Assembly: GCA_963668355.1 (NCBI GenBank)
Contig: OY764265.1
Span: forward strand, 1,248,001 to 1,312,000
Origin: Bdellovibrionota bacterium
GTDB lineage: Bacteria > Bdellovibrionota_G > JALEGL01 > DATDPG01
Direction: 5' to 3'
Length of the DNA: 64,000 bases
In this document: positions 49,456 through 60,200 of the stretch, piece by piece
How positions within the stretch are numbered: position 1 is the first letter of the stretch
Layout of the letters: the number at the start of each line of letters is the position of its first letter
The notes under the pieces: generated by a model
Database searches by the model: none
What the model was told of the DNA's origin: nothing
What the model saw: the letters and a program-made list of their open reading frames with translations, nothing else
Position numbers and translations under genes: made by a program

Positions 49456-50425
49456 GAGAGAAGGCATGTGGAGATATGGTGCTTTATTGTGTTTAGCCCT
49501 TTTAGTGACCAATGTTCACGCCGGAGATGTGTGCGAGTTAAGTTGGCTTGGTAACGAGAGATTTGCTCTGGCCTCTAACCACTCTTTTGATATGTTTCTG
49601 GCGGATGCAAGGAACGAATTGATTCCGGTGAGCGCGGGGTTCAGTTTTGATGATGCGCCCATCCATGCAATTGCTAAATTGGTTTCATCGCCAAATCCAA
49701 ATGCGAAAGCCGTTTGTTCGGGAGTGGTCGTAGATGGAGGTCGATTGGTTTTTACAACCCAATCCTGTATTCGTGACAAAAATGCTAAATATGCATTTCC
49801 ATATTCCAATCATGATAACCCGCAACCTTATCCTATGCTCAAAATCAAAAAGTATTGGTACAAGGGTCGTCATGGCCTGGCCGTGGGCATTGTCGAAAGT
49901 CCGCCCACCAATCTTTGGTCTTTCAGTTGGCGAACGTCATCCAATCAGTTTCCTTATGAATGGGAAGGAGGAAACTATTGGGCCATGATGGGTTATCTCG
50001 ACGATGGAACAGCGTCTCCCCACATTCAAACGGGTTGTTCGGCAGAGTCTTATGGCACGTGGGGCGTGACACACGATTGTGGTGACGACTTTCTTCAGGG
50101 CAGTCCATTGTTTTCAAACTTATGTGGCGATTGGCAATTCGTAGGCCTAAGTACTGGAGCAAATGGAAAGGCGGTGTATTTCAACACTCAATACTCCTCG
50201 ACGATTCGCTCGGCCTATGAAGAGCTTGGACGAGGTTATTGCATCAAGGACGTCAAAGCTTGCTCAAATTTGGCGATGGGAAAGCCAGCATACAAGCAAA
50301 ATCCATTCGTTGTTCCTCCTGGAACGAGTTGGGCCGGTCAGGTGAGCAACGTATTGCTTGAAGGTGGGAGTCGAATTTCGCGACACGATCATCTTGGTGA
50401 TTTCATTTTGGATATCAAAAAATGA
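49448..50425 (+). CDS. Secreted trypsin-like (V8-type) protein, catalytic residues degenerate
   Basis: AVCSGVVV..VFTTQSC (usually TAAHC); HDC..FLQGSPLF (usually GxSGSP). Confidence 0.65.
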   Translation: MNRREGMWRYGALLCLALLVTNVHAGDVCELSWLGNERFALASNHSFDMFLADARNELIPVSAGFSFDDAPIHAIAKLVSSPNPNAKAVCSGVVVDGGRLVFTTQSCIRDKNAKYAFPYSNHDNPQPYPMLKIKKYWYKGRHGLAVGIVESPPTNLWSFSWRTSSNQFPYEWEGGNYWAMMGYLDDGTASPHIQTGCSAESYGTWGVTHDCGDDFLQGSPLFSNLCGDWQFVGLSTGANGKAVYFNTQYSSTIRSAYEELGRGYCIKDVKACSNLAMGKPAYKQNPFVVPPGTSWAGQVSNVLLEGGSRISRHDHLGDFILDIKK

Positions 50426-50434
50426 TTGGTTTGT

Positions 50435-50755
50435 TTATTCCCTTTCATCCCTTCGAAGTACGATGTTCGCAAGCAGCACGGCTCCTAAAATAATTAAGGC
50501 GGGAAGGAGCCATGCTGAAACCGTGGTTGCACCCGTTTTTCCGCTCGAAGGGAGTGCTAGCATTAAGACAATCAGATTTCGTCCCATGCTGCCTATTGAC
50601 ATGATGGTAGCGCGTTCCCCTGCGTGTTCTTTCGGGATGTAAAGATTAATCAGGCTTCGATAAGCAGGAGAGGCAATGCCAAATGCAAACGCGCCAACAA
50701 ATGAGAAAGAAGCTTTAAAAAACACCTGGACACTCTTTGCAAAAAATTCGGTCAA
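50435..50755 (-). pseudogene. C-terminal fragment of an MFS transporter
   Basis: SLINLYIPKEHAGERATIMSIGSM; only ~3 TM helices, no N-terminal half. Confidence 0.55.
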
Positions 50756-50931
50756 TCGATCAAGAGTAAATACGAAAGCTGATTCCTTATACGTTTCCTT
50801 CAGTTATGAGAACTTAAGGCATCCTGAGAAAGATTCTTTGCTCGAGTTAAGCGATGATATTTCGTTAAAAAATCCACCCATACATGATGTTCCTATTGTC
50901 GAAGGTTGGGAGAGCGATTAGTGTCCCGAGA

Positions 50932-51684
50932 ATGAGTTTTCGCATGAATTCATTGTTAGGGAAGCAGACGCTGGCTTTGATTCGGGGTGGTGATTATGCC
51001 CATCCGGGAGAAGAAGAATCCATTATTAGAGTGTTTGAGCACCTACCCAAATCCTCTGATCAACAGCTCCTTGATGTTGGATGCGGTATTGGTGGAACGG
51101 CTGCGTTTATTCAAAACAAAGGATGGGGAAAGGTTACTGGCATTGACGTCGACTTTGAGGTCCTTGAAATGGCCAAGAAGAAGTACATTCAGTCAGAATT
51201 TGTAAACTGTGACGTTGAAAGTGTAAGCAGAATTCTCAAAAACAAATTTGAGATCATATATTGCTTTTGTTCTTTCTATGCGTTTGCTCGCGCACATGTT
51301 GCCCTAAAACAAATGCGAAAGGTTGCAAAATCCAACGCCACTCTCATGATATTTGATTATGTTGATCGCAGACCAGCAAATGACAAAGCACCTGAAGCAT
51401 TGTTGTTTCCTTCTTTGAAACTACCATCTTTGTCAAAGACGCTAGCGAAAACAGGATGGAAGAAAGTAAAAACCGTTAACTTAGATCAACATTTTCAGGT
51501 TTGGTATGAAGATTTGGTTCGTGAAATTCATTCCAAAAGAGTAACTATCACAAATCTGGGGGGAGCCGAATGGTATAATTATGTCGAAGATCGCTACCGT
51601 AGCGTTCTTGGTGACATACAGAAAAATCGTTTAGGCGGCGCTGCACTCTATATGGAAAGGGAGTTCGCAGAACCCCAACCCTGA
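50932..51684 (+). CDS. Class I SAM-dependent methyltransferase
   Basis: LLDVGCGIGG, VTGIDV, YAHPG. Confidence 0.88.
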   Translation: MSFRMNSLLGKQTLALIRGGDYAHPGEEESIIRVFEHLPKSSDQQLLDVGCGIGGTAAFIQNKGWGKVTGIDVDFEVLEMAKKKYIQSEFVNCDVESVSRILKNKFEIIYCFCSFYAFARAHVALKQMRKVAKSNATLMIFDYVDRRPANDKAPEALLFPSLKLPSLSKTLAKTGWKKVKTVNLDQHFQVWYEDLVREIHSKRVTITNLGGAEWYNYVEDRYRSVLGDIQKNRLGGAALYMEREFAEPQP

Positions 51685-51722
51685 TATACGAATGAGTTAT
51701 ATGACATTGAGGTTTTTGGCAT

Positions 51723-52187
51723 TTGGCGGCAGACTGTGAGGCGGTGGCGGAGTTAGGAAGACTATTTGACAAAGTTCCCGTGCAAATGCGGGGGTTGAGC
51801 ATGGCGCCTTGGTTGATGCCGGGGGATGTTCTTCTCTTGGATCGGGATGTGCGCGTGGAGGATTTGTTTCTTGGAGATGTGGTTGTTTTGAAGCATGTGG
51901 AGGGGGAGGAGCGGATCGTTCATCGCATTGTTCGGGAAGATCCCTTTCGGCTTTTGTTTCCTTTTCGAACCAAGGGGGATCGCGTGTGGGAGGAAGATCC
52001 TCTGGATGATTCGTTTCGATTTGAGGGAAAGGTGATCTCCAGGTATCGAGGGCGAAAATGGAAAACGTTGTCGTGTCGTCGATGGCTTTGGGTGTTGTGT
52101 AAGTACGATCTGTATCCTGGCCAGAGACTCCCTCTCTGGTGTTCTCGAACGACGTTGCGTAATTTTTTCAAAGGCTTTCGTCCGTGA
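51723..52187 (+). CDS. S24/S26 family (signal peptidase-like) peptidase
   Basis: GLSMAPWLMPGD, IVHRIV, TKGD. Confidence 0.8.
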   Translation: MAADCEAVAELGRLFDKVPVQMRGLSMAPWLMPGDVLLLDRDVRVEDLFLGDVVVLKHVEGEERIVHRIVREDPFRLLFPFRTKGDRVWEEDPLDDSFRFEGKVISRYRGRKWKTLSCRRWLWVLCKYDLYPGQRLPLWCSRTTLRNFFKGFRP

Positions 52188-53296
52188 ATTTGGCCTTCGA
52201 GCGATTGGTTTCTCTCGTGCGCCAGGGAATCGGGTTGGAAATCGCTGTTCCTCCCCTTGGGGAACAGGAAATGGAAACGTGGAGCATGGCCAAGGAGCAT
52301 AAGGTCGCGACGATTTTAGCTCCGGCCATTTTGGATCATCCGGAATCTCCCAAACTGGAGGATGAAGCTCGGTATTTGTGGCAGATGGCCGCGATGCGTG
52401 AGGAATACTACGTACGATGTTTAAGGGAAATTGAGGAACTCTTGAATCCTGAGGGGATTCGCGTCTATCCCTTGAAGGGTGTGGAGTTGGCTCGGAGCGT
52501 TTACCCTCGTAAGGGGCAGCGAGCCTTTCGTGATTTGGATTTGTTGGTGAGTCCCTCGGACCTCATTCAAGCCGATCAAATTTTGCAGAGAAATGGATTT
52601 CAGGTTCTTCACCCAAAGGGCCCTTTGAAACGAGCCGTTTTGACTCAAGGGAATCAACTCCTTGCGGCGTATCGTGGGCTGGATGCCGTTTCGTATGAGA
52701 AGGATGATCTTTTTTTGGAACTTCATTGTACGATTCTTCCGATCTCTTATGGTCCATACCGCATTCAACATGTGTGGGATGAACAACGGCTCTCGGTGGA
52801 AGATTTCTTCATGCATTTATTGTTTCATACGACCCGACATCATTTTCTCTATGGTCTAAGGCAGCTCACGGATCTGGCGTTATGGGCTCGGCATAAGGAG
52901 CCCAATATGGAAGTGGTTGAAAAGAAACTGGTTCGCGAAGGACATCTGCCTTTGGCTTGGCCGGCGTGGAAGTTGGCGAATGAGTGTTTTCCGGAGGCCG
53001 TGAGTCTTCCCAAATTGAATCCCTCCCCGAGGGTTCGTCGATATACGGAAAGAATTTGGGCCATTTTTCCTGAGATTCCGGAGCGGGCCATTGGGTTTTC
53101 GGGATCGCCTCTTCCGTTTCTTTTAGCCAAAGGAAATTTGTGGAGAGCGTTTTGGGGACGTTCTTTTCAAATGGATCATCAGGTGGGAGATCGTCCCGCA
53201 TTTTTGAAACGACTGTGGTGGAAAGTCACGCGTCCGCTTGCTCTCCTTTGGAGGCACGCACCTGTGATGTGGCAGTGGTATAAGTTTTATCGTTAG
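52184..53296 (+). CDS. Nucleotidyltransferase family protein (NTP_transf_5 type)
   Basis: PLKGVEL..YP..R.FRDLDLLV, LELH, LRQLTDL. Confidence 0.85.
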   Translation: MNLAFERLVSLVRQGIGLEIAVPPLGEQEMETWSMAKEHKVATILAPAILDHPESPKLEDEARYLWQMAAMREEYYVRCLREIEELLNPEGIRVYPLKGVELARSVYPRKGQRAFRDLDLLVSPSDLIQADQILQRNGFQVLHPKGPLKRAVLTQGNQLLAAYRGLDAVSYEKDDLFLELHCTILPISYGPYRIQHVWDEQRLSVEDFFMHLLFHTTRHHFLYGLRQLTDLALWARHKEPNMEVVEKKLVREGHLPLAWPAWKLANECFPEAVSLPKLNPSPRVRRYTERIWAIFPEIPERAIGFSGSPLPFLLAKGNLWRAFWGRSFQMDHQVGDRPAFLKRLWWKVTRPLALLWRHAPVMWQWYKFYR

Positions 53297-53811
53297 GTTC
53301 GATGGCGCAAAACGCGGGCGGGGTTTCCCGCCACAACAGAGAAGGGGGGGACGTCTTTGGTTACGACGCTTCCCGCTCCGATTTGAGCTCCTTTTCCGAG
53401 AGTGACTCCGGGAAGCAGAATGGCTCCGATGCCGATATCTACATGGTCTTCCACGACAATGGGTTTGAAATCCAAGGGGGCGTCGAGCAGGATGTGGTTT
53501 TTTCCCAAGTCTTGGTGTGTGGAGGTGAGCATCATCACACGAGGGCCAATGCCAACCTGTTCACCGATGGTGATGTTTCCTGCTGAATGAAAAAAACACT
53601 CTTGGCCAATCCATGTATTGGAGCCAATGTTGAGAGTTCCTTTCGGGTGACCCTTGAGAAGGGTTCGGTGGCCGACATACACATTGTTTCCAAGCGAAAT
53701 GGTCTCGGGGTGCCAAACCTTAATCTCGTCTTCCCAAATGATGTTCTCTCCAAGGGACGAGAAGTCCTTGAGTTGAAACGATCCATCTCCGTGGCTTTGG
53801 AAAGTTCTCAT
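53293..53811 (-). CDS. Hexapeptide-repeat acyltransferase
   Basis: Left-handed beta-helix repeats; IGAGSVVTKDVPPFSVVAGNPARV. Confidence 0.9.
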   Translation of the reverse strand: MRTFQSHGDGSFQLKDFSSLGENIIWEDEIKVWHPETISLGNNVYVGHRTLLKGHPKGTLNIGSNTWIGQECFFHSAGNITIGEQVGIGPRVMMLTSTHQDLGKNHILLDAPLDFKPIVVEDHVDIGIGAILLPGVTLGKGAQIGAGSVVTKDVPPFSVVAGNPARVLRHRT

Positions 53812-53822
53812 GAAATTCTTTA

Positions 53823-54146
53823 TTAGGCGGAAGTTTTGGATTGGCGAGCTTGTGAAATTTGTTCAGGAGTGACGGTGTTTTCTTGTTTTACAAGTAAGTT
53901 TTCACGATCCAGCTCTTGAATCAAACGGTTGACGTCTTCCAAAGCTGCCTCATAGGAAACTTCAAATTCACGTTCCAAACGTTTGGCGATGGATTCTGGA
54001 GTGCTTTGGTCTTGGAGTGCGCGCCAAATGACCTGGCCTGTTTCATTGAGTCGATAATAATTTTTGGTGTCTAAGTGAAGCACGACGCCCTCTTTTGGAT
54101 CGAGGTCGGCATAAATGATTTTGGCATCATCTATTTGGTATGTCAT
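53823..54146 (-). CDS. PqqD family RiPP recognition element
   Basis: VVLHLDTKNYYRLNETGQVIWRAL...FEVSYEAALEDV...ENLL. Confidence 0.9.
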   Translation of the reverse strand: MTYQIDDAKIIYADLDPKEGVVLHLDTKNYYRLNETGQVIWRALQDQSTPESIAKRLEREFEVSYEAALEDVNRLIQELDRENLLVKQENTVTPEQISQARQSKTSA

Positions 54147-55165
54147 TGGGCTCCTTTAAAATAAGGGTCTTGCTGTACCCATTCGTTCTCCGGATGGTCT
54201 CGCATCCACTCCGCTTTCTTGAAATGTTTCATGCAATTCCAACAATGGAAGTGATCCAAGTCGTGTTGGGATCCGTCTCCAATTTTTTTGAGTTTGGCGC
54301 TAAAAAGTTGGTTGTAAGCTTGAAGCAGTTTTTGATGGCCTTCCTCCAGGGTTTCTTTCGACAGGTCTGCAACCACGTCTTCCTCTCCATAGCTTCCTTC
54401 TAGATTAGATAATTGGCAGCAGGTGGTGAGGCGTCCCCGATGGTCAATATTGATTCCATTCAGTTTGAGAAAGCGACAATGGGCCAGGGGTGTTTGGTCG
54501 TAAAATCCAGCAGAGAGAATGATGGGCATGCGAAAACGTCCTCGCAGGTCTCCGACTTCTCGTTCGATGCCTTTGTATTCTTGAGGCGATGGCATGAGGT
54601 TGTGTTTCAACAGATGGGGAGTGGGTTGTGCATGGGCGATGTGAAGTCGGGTGGTATCAATTTTGGAACATAGCAAAGCCATGTCTTCCATTTCGTGGCG
54701 GTTTCCTCGGTGAACCACCATCTGAACCACCACCTCGAGGTTGTGGATTCGAGAAATGGCCACGGTAGCTAAGGCGCGCGCAAAGGAACCTCTTCCACGA
54801 ATGGCGTCATGCGTTTTTTCGGTCGCACCATCCATGCTAATCGAAACGCCGATCCATTGCGGGTGGTCAAATAAGTCGTAGAGGTTTCGGAAAATGCGCT
54901 GGTGGTTATAACCGTTTGTGACGAAATGGAAGGTGTAGCCGTGGTGAATGATCAAATCCAAAATTTCTCGGAAACGGGAGTGGAGTGTGGTTTCTCCCCC
55001 GGTGAGGGCAATATGCGGTTTGTGGTACCGCTTTCCTTCCACCAAGATTTTTTCCACCGTCTCAAAAGGAATTTCTGAAACCTTGTCGAGGTCAGCTCGG
55101 AAACAGTGGGCGCAGCGCAAATTGCAGTGGCGGGTTAGTTCAATGCCAATGAAAAAGTCTTTCAT
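54143..55165 (-). CDS. Radical SAM enzyme with C-terminal SPASM/Twitch-like Cys domain
   Basis: CNLRCAHC, TGGE, VTNG, SMDG..HDAIRGRGSF; C-terminal CRFL...TTCC...CWNC; RBS aggag before ATG 55165. Confidence 0.92.
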   Translation of the reverse strand: MKDFFIGIELTRHCNLRCAHCFRADLDKVSEIPFETVEKILVEGKRYHKPHIALTGGETTLHSRFREILDLIIHHGYTFHFVTNGYNHQRIFRNLYDLFDHPQWIGVSISMDGATEKTHDAIRGRGSFARALATVAISRIHNLEVVVQMVVHRGNRHEMEDMALLCSKIDTTRLHIAHAQPTPHLLKHNLMPSPQEYKGIEREVGDLRGRFRMPIILSAGFYDQTPLAHCRFLKLNGINIDHRGRLTTCCQLSNLEGSYGEEDVVADLSKETLEEGHQKLLQAYNQLFSAKLKKIGDGSQHDLDHFHCWNCMKHFKKAEWMRDHPENEWVQQDPYFKGAQ

Positions 55166-55231
55166 TCCGCACAACTCCTAAGACTAAAAACGTGGAGACG
55201 GCGATCGTTTTGTTGGAAAGACATGAAAAAA

Positions 55232-55411
55232 CTAAAAAACAGAAGCTCCAGGGGCGACGGGAGAGGCTTGTGCTGCAGCAGGGGCTCCTGGAACAGGAGG
55301 CGCACCGTTGACCACAGGGGCCTTTTCGTTCATGCGCTCCAATTTGGGGCGTTCATAAGCCTTTTTCTTGGAATCCGTCGAATTTGTCTCTTGATTACTG
55401 CGCTGGGTCAT
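55232..55411 (-). CDS. Putative RiPP precursor peptide (59 aa)
   Basis: KKKAYERPKL (YxxPxL RRE-binding leader motif); lies immediately upstream of the radical SAM and PqqD genes. Confidence 0.75.
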   Translation of the reverse strand: MTQRSNQETNSTDSKKKAYERPKLERMNEKAPVVNGAPPVPGAPAAAQASPVAPGASVF

Positions 55412-55447
55412 CGTTCTGTGAACCTTACCGTCCTTCCGTCCCACGCG

Positions 55448-57235
55448 TCAACTTCCACTTTCCGGAAGCGTGAGGGTTGTGTCCAAACCATCTGAAGAGG
55501 TGATGTGAACCGTATCTCCAGTCTCGATGTTCAAAGGGATGGCAAAGGAACCGTCACGATGCGCCGTGACCGCCAAGGTCTCGGTTGTCGCTTCGCCATT
55601 TTCATCCAGTTGGGTGGCTGTAACTTCGCTCAAGCCCACAACTGATCCCGCACCACCGACTACCGTGCCTCGACTAGGTGCAAAGTTCATCAATCCTGCC
55701 AATTCCTCCAGGCTCATGCCCGTCATATCCGGTTGTTCCGTGGCCGTGAGAAGAGAGCTTCGAACATCATTGGCTACTTGTGAGGCACTCATGAAAACAT
55801 AGTGGACCCAGGTTTTGGTGGTTCCGGCGGGAATGGTCGCATTGATCCAACGAAACTGAACTTCACTATCGGCGCCTCCGACAATGCCTGGTGCATAAAG
55901 TAGAGAAAGTGAAGAGGTTCCAAGTCCATCTTGAAAGATGAAGCCTGTGGTCGGTCGAGTTCCACTTGCATCGTAGGCAGCCAAAAATCGATCCGAAATT
56001 CCAGGGGTGCTTAAGGAGGTGTCGTGGGTGAGGGTTTCGCTTGAACTTCCCGTGAGGAGAGACGAAGTGATTTTCAAACTGACTACCCGATCCGTTTCTC
56101 CCGTGTTTTCAAAAATTTCGAGAAACCGTGCGTAGTTCCCAGTTTCGGGAACAAAGACTTTTCGAGACACTTGAAGCGTGTCTTGGGTGATCGGGTCTCC
56201 CTCATTTTCCACGGGGGCTTGCAGGGTGTAGGGACCATAGGCCACTTCTCGGTCACCTTCGAACGTGTAGATCCCTCCATCGGGAAAATTGGAGCCAAAG
56301 TCAACGAAGACCTCTCCCGGCAAACCGAGTTGAATGGAATTGGGAGCCAGCATGGCTGGAAGTGTGCCGCCGGTTCCCCCGCAGATGGAGCCATCAGGAC
56401 GAAGATCAAACTGAAAAGTTTCACCGGATAGAATATGGACATCGTAGCCGATGGGACAAGCTGCGGTGTTCGGGGCAAAGTCGATGTCAGCCACGGTCTC
56501 AGTCGTTTCAAGTGAGCTGGTGTCAAATAGGCAAATCTCGCCGCCCGAAAGTTGCGCAAACGATCGGCCTAAGTTGGTTCGAAAAGAAGTTTCCAATGCG
56601 TCTAGGTCGGATACGTCTAAGCCCGTATCCAAATTGAATGCCAACTGCGTGATGAGACGTAATTCAAGGGCGGGCAAGTCGCTAAACGAGAGTTCGCCGC
56701 TGGAAAGGAGGTCTAGAACAATTTGGTAAACAGCCTGGGTGATGGGGTGAAGGGGAATTTCGGTTTGGCTTCCGGCCCAAAAACCGCGCAGAGAGGTGGA
56801 GTTTACGGAAGCTTCGATCACGGTCGAGGCGTCCGTGTAATTGGGAAGGTCGAAGGTAAATTGTCCAGAGGCATCTGAGACCGTAGTGGCCAATTGGGCC
56901 GTTTCGTTTCCCTGGTTGTCGATGGTGATCAATCGCACGGGAGTCTCTGGCAGACGATCTCCATTCAGGTCGTAAAGCACGCCCGTTCGATTTTCGATTA
57001 GGGGCGTGTTAACTACGGGCACGGTTGTATCGGTCCAACAGTTGGACGATTCCGAGGGAGTGGTGGCGGTGGAGGAACATCCTCCTGCCAGCAGGCCTAA
57101 AACCAAGAAGTGATTTATCCATCCGACTCTACGGACAGGACGTGCTGTCGGTTGAGAAGCATGTGCGCAAGACGCCAGGGATTTCGATAGATTCTCCACC
57201 GGATCCATCATAAGCATTCCCACCGCCCAGGTCAC
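55448..57235 (-). CDS. Large acidic surface lipoprotein (paralogue of 60787); true start uncertain, probably downstream of 57235
   Basis: Lipobox LAGGC; shares SRKVFVP..RFLEIFEN, PDMTGMS with 60787. Confidence 0.75.
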   Translation of the reverse strand: MTWAVGMLMMDPVENLSKSLASCAHASQPTARPVRRVGWINHFLVLGLLAGGCSSTATTPSESSNCWTDTTVPVVNTPLIENRTGVLYDLNGDRLPETPVRLITIDNQGNETAQLATTVSDASGQFTFDLPNYTDASTVIEASVNSTSLRGFWAGSQTEIPLHPITQAVYQIVLDLLSSGELSFSDLPALELRLITQLAFNLDTGLDVSDLDALETSFRTNLGRSFAQLSGGEICLFDTSSLETTETVADIDFAPNTAACPIGYDVHILSGETFQFDLRPDGSICGGTGGTLPAMLAPNSIQLGLPGEVFVDFGSNFPDGGIYTFEGDREVAYGPYTLQAPVENEGDPITQDTLQVSRKVFVPETGNYARFLEIFENTGETDRVVSLKITSSLLTGSSSETLTHDTSLSTPGISDRFLAAYDASGTRPTTGFIFQDGLGTSSLSLLYAPGIVGGADSEVQFRWINATIPAGTTKTWVHYVFMSASQVANDVRSSLLTATEQPDMTGMSLEELAGLMNFAPSRGTVVGGAGSVVGLSEVTATQLDENGEATTETLAVTAHRDGSFAIPLNIETGDTVHITSSDGLDTTLTLPESGS

Positions 57236-60200
57236 GCAAAGCCGTAGTGGCTACCACGTAATAGAAGCCCGAACTCGCCAGGGCTGAAACGGGAGTCAGG
57301 ATCACTTGCGTACCATCGGTGCTGAAGGAAAGCGTCGTGTTGATTATGTTTCCTTGTCGATCCATGAGGAAGATGCTGGTGGGAATTACCGTGCGCGGAT
57401 CCAATGGTTCACTAAACGTAACCGTAGGGGCAACGGATGTAGAAACACTGGTCGATCCGTCAGAGGGACTCACAGATGAAACCGTGGGGCCTGTTGTATC
57501 GAATGAGGTGATTACCGAATAACCCCCAGCATCGAACGTGCTGCCCAGAGCATTTCCACTATTGCTTTCACAGTTTCCGCCATCGGAATTGATGTGCCGG
57601 TCCTTCACTCCGGTGGTTAAACGAACCGTTCCGGCATTGGCTGAGGAGAGGTTGTTGTAGCAGTTGACCACAGCCCAGGTTCCATCAATGGCCGGAAAGA
57701 CGTTCCAGAAGTTTGGACATAAGGTGTCCCCGTTGCCATAAATCGTAGCGTTTCGACTACGATAGGGCGCTCGTGAAATCGTCATAGAAGTGGACGAATT
57801 AACCGAAACAATGGTTGTGCCTGAGTAAATTCCGCTTCTCGAAGCCGAAATGGTCATACCGGCAAAGAACCCATTCGTAGAAGAAACCGTGACCGTGGTA
57901 CTTCCGCTCGTAAAACTGCCTGATGAGCTTACGGACGCCGCAGGGAAAGTGAAATTGGAACTGCTTAAAGTGGAGCGATCCATGGGTTCACTAAAGAACA
58001 CGGCAAAACTTCCATTTTGCGCAATGGATGATTCTGCAGCCGGTACAATGTGAGAAATGGTGGGTGCGGTCCAATCCGCTTGGGCCGTAAAGGTGGTGGA
58101 GTTATAAGTCGAAGCAAAAGCATTTCCTGCTCGATCCTGGACGCCCACGGAAATGGTGGGTCGATAGGAGGACCCAGCGTTCAAGCTAGATTGGGGAATT
58201 AATCGGATGCTTTGTCCGTCATCCGATAATTCGATGTCCACGGGAACATTTCCCACACCCACTTCATTCAGGGTCACACTCGAACCATTGATTGTGTATT
58301 CCGAGAGGGGTTCCGAAACCTCGATGTCAATGAATGCACAGCGCGAAGCTGTAGATCCATTGGAGGGCGACACACTCACTACGGTAGGGGCCGTAGTGTC
58401 TGCGGTGGCGTTAATCGTGAAGTTGGACGTTTGTGGCGCGGGCATTAAGTTTCCGGAGGTATCTGCTACGGCCCCTGTGGCCGTGATGACGTATTTCGTG
58501 CTGGTGGTTAAGTTGGAACCTGTTTCGTAGGTGATCATCTGAAGCGTGGGGTCGGCTTGCAGAGAAAGACCAAGATGCGTCGGATCCCCAAATTCCGTCA
58601 TATAAAAGTAGTCACCAATGATGGTGCTGACATCAATGGGCTCGTCAAAAATCACAAAAGGAAAGATGCGGTTCCTCACGCCGGTGGCATCTAACATCGG
58701 CCCCACATGAACCAAGTTTGGGCCTGTCGAATCGGAGACAGGCGCCGTGTAAAACACATTCCACGTGTGATATTGCTGATTGGCGCTGCTATAGGCGCCG
58801 ATGTTGAAGTTGCCGGTGTTGGGTAAGGCGTTTCCCGCCAAATCGCGGATACAGGATCCGATCGATATGGCAACGCAATCGTTCGTGGGCATAGCCGCTG
58901 AAGGGGTGAAGGTCGCAATGTCACCTTCGGCATTCAAAACAGTGGTGCCGGAAATTACATAGGGCCTTGGCGTAGGATATCCCGAGGTAACACAGGAGTT
59001 CGTTTCCCAGACCGCGATATTGGGAACGGAGCCCGAGCCACAATCGGTGGCTGTGAGCGAGGACTCCTGGACCGGCTCACTAAAGTAAACATAAAAACTT
59101 GAGTTGGGTGAAATGGTGGTGTTGTCGACAGGTAAAATCGAACGCACATAGGGCGCGGTTAAGTCTTCTCCCGAGGCCCCTGTGTAGAACGCAATCGACT
59201 CAGAAGGAAGTTGGTTTCCAGCAAGATCAGTGATGGTAGTGGGTGACCCACTCGCCACTTGAACATTGCAAGAGTATTCCGTTGAGCTGCTTAAGGTTCC
59301 CGAAGGCTCATAAATTGCCTGAGTGCTATCGACCGAGAACGAAATTGATCCAGGTACGCGCGTCGATCCTTCGCACATGACGAAGTTTCCGCTATCGCAT
59401 GAACCTCCACTTCCCGCATTAAATGTGGATTCATCCAGAGGTTCATTGAATGTCGCGATACATCGAGCGACATTGCCCACGACGGTTTCCTCGTTGGCGG
59501 GTACCCAACTCACCACGCTCGGTGCATTATCGTCATGTTTGACATTGACCACTGCGGCAGGTCCCTGCAAACCACCATCAATATAGTAAACGGAAAGAGT
59601 GTTTTCTTGATTTTGTTGCAGCGAAACTGAAACGTTTTGCGTTGTGGCCGAGCATGCGGCGGACCCTTGAGCGAGTCCTCCATCGACGTACACGGTGCCA
59701 CCTGCTGGGCAATTTGTAACCGTGACGGTAATGGGATTGGAATTGAAATAATCGCCATCCGAGGGAGTGGTCACAGTAGGAGTCGAAGGCAGGGATGCGT
59801 CAGATTGTACCGCCAAGACGTCAAAGTAAAACTCAATGTCGAAGTTTTCTGACAAGGTAAATTGCATGAACTGCACACATCCGGTGTCATCTCCGGGAGC
59901 CATCACACCCCCCGGTACATCGGCTGTGAAATCCCAGCCAGGATAATTTGTTTTATAACCATCAAAAGTTAAGTCCGGAGCCAAACAGTCGTAACGGTTG
60001 TTGCTGTTGGTGTCGTTTGCTGCCAGGGTCATACCGTCGGAAGAATTGCAATCGCCTCCGGAAAGATTGGTGTTTACGGCAGAAACCACACCGGAATCAG
60101 TCCAGTTGAGGCTCCACAAGGTGAAGTAAAACGGAGCAAAGAAGTACGTGTTTTCTGGATAGTAGGTTGGATAAGTATACTCATAGCCGGTTGGATTGGT

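Noticed and set aside
18617..50755. Prophage or integrative element
   Set aside because: No integrase, transposase, phage structural gene or att-like tRNA 3' duplication seen
51723..55411. Lasso peptide or PQQ biosynthesis cluster
   Set aside because: No asparagine-synthetase-like cyclase or B2 protease, no acidic acceptor in the core, no pqqB/pqqC and no ExxxY motif
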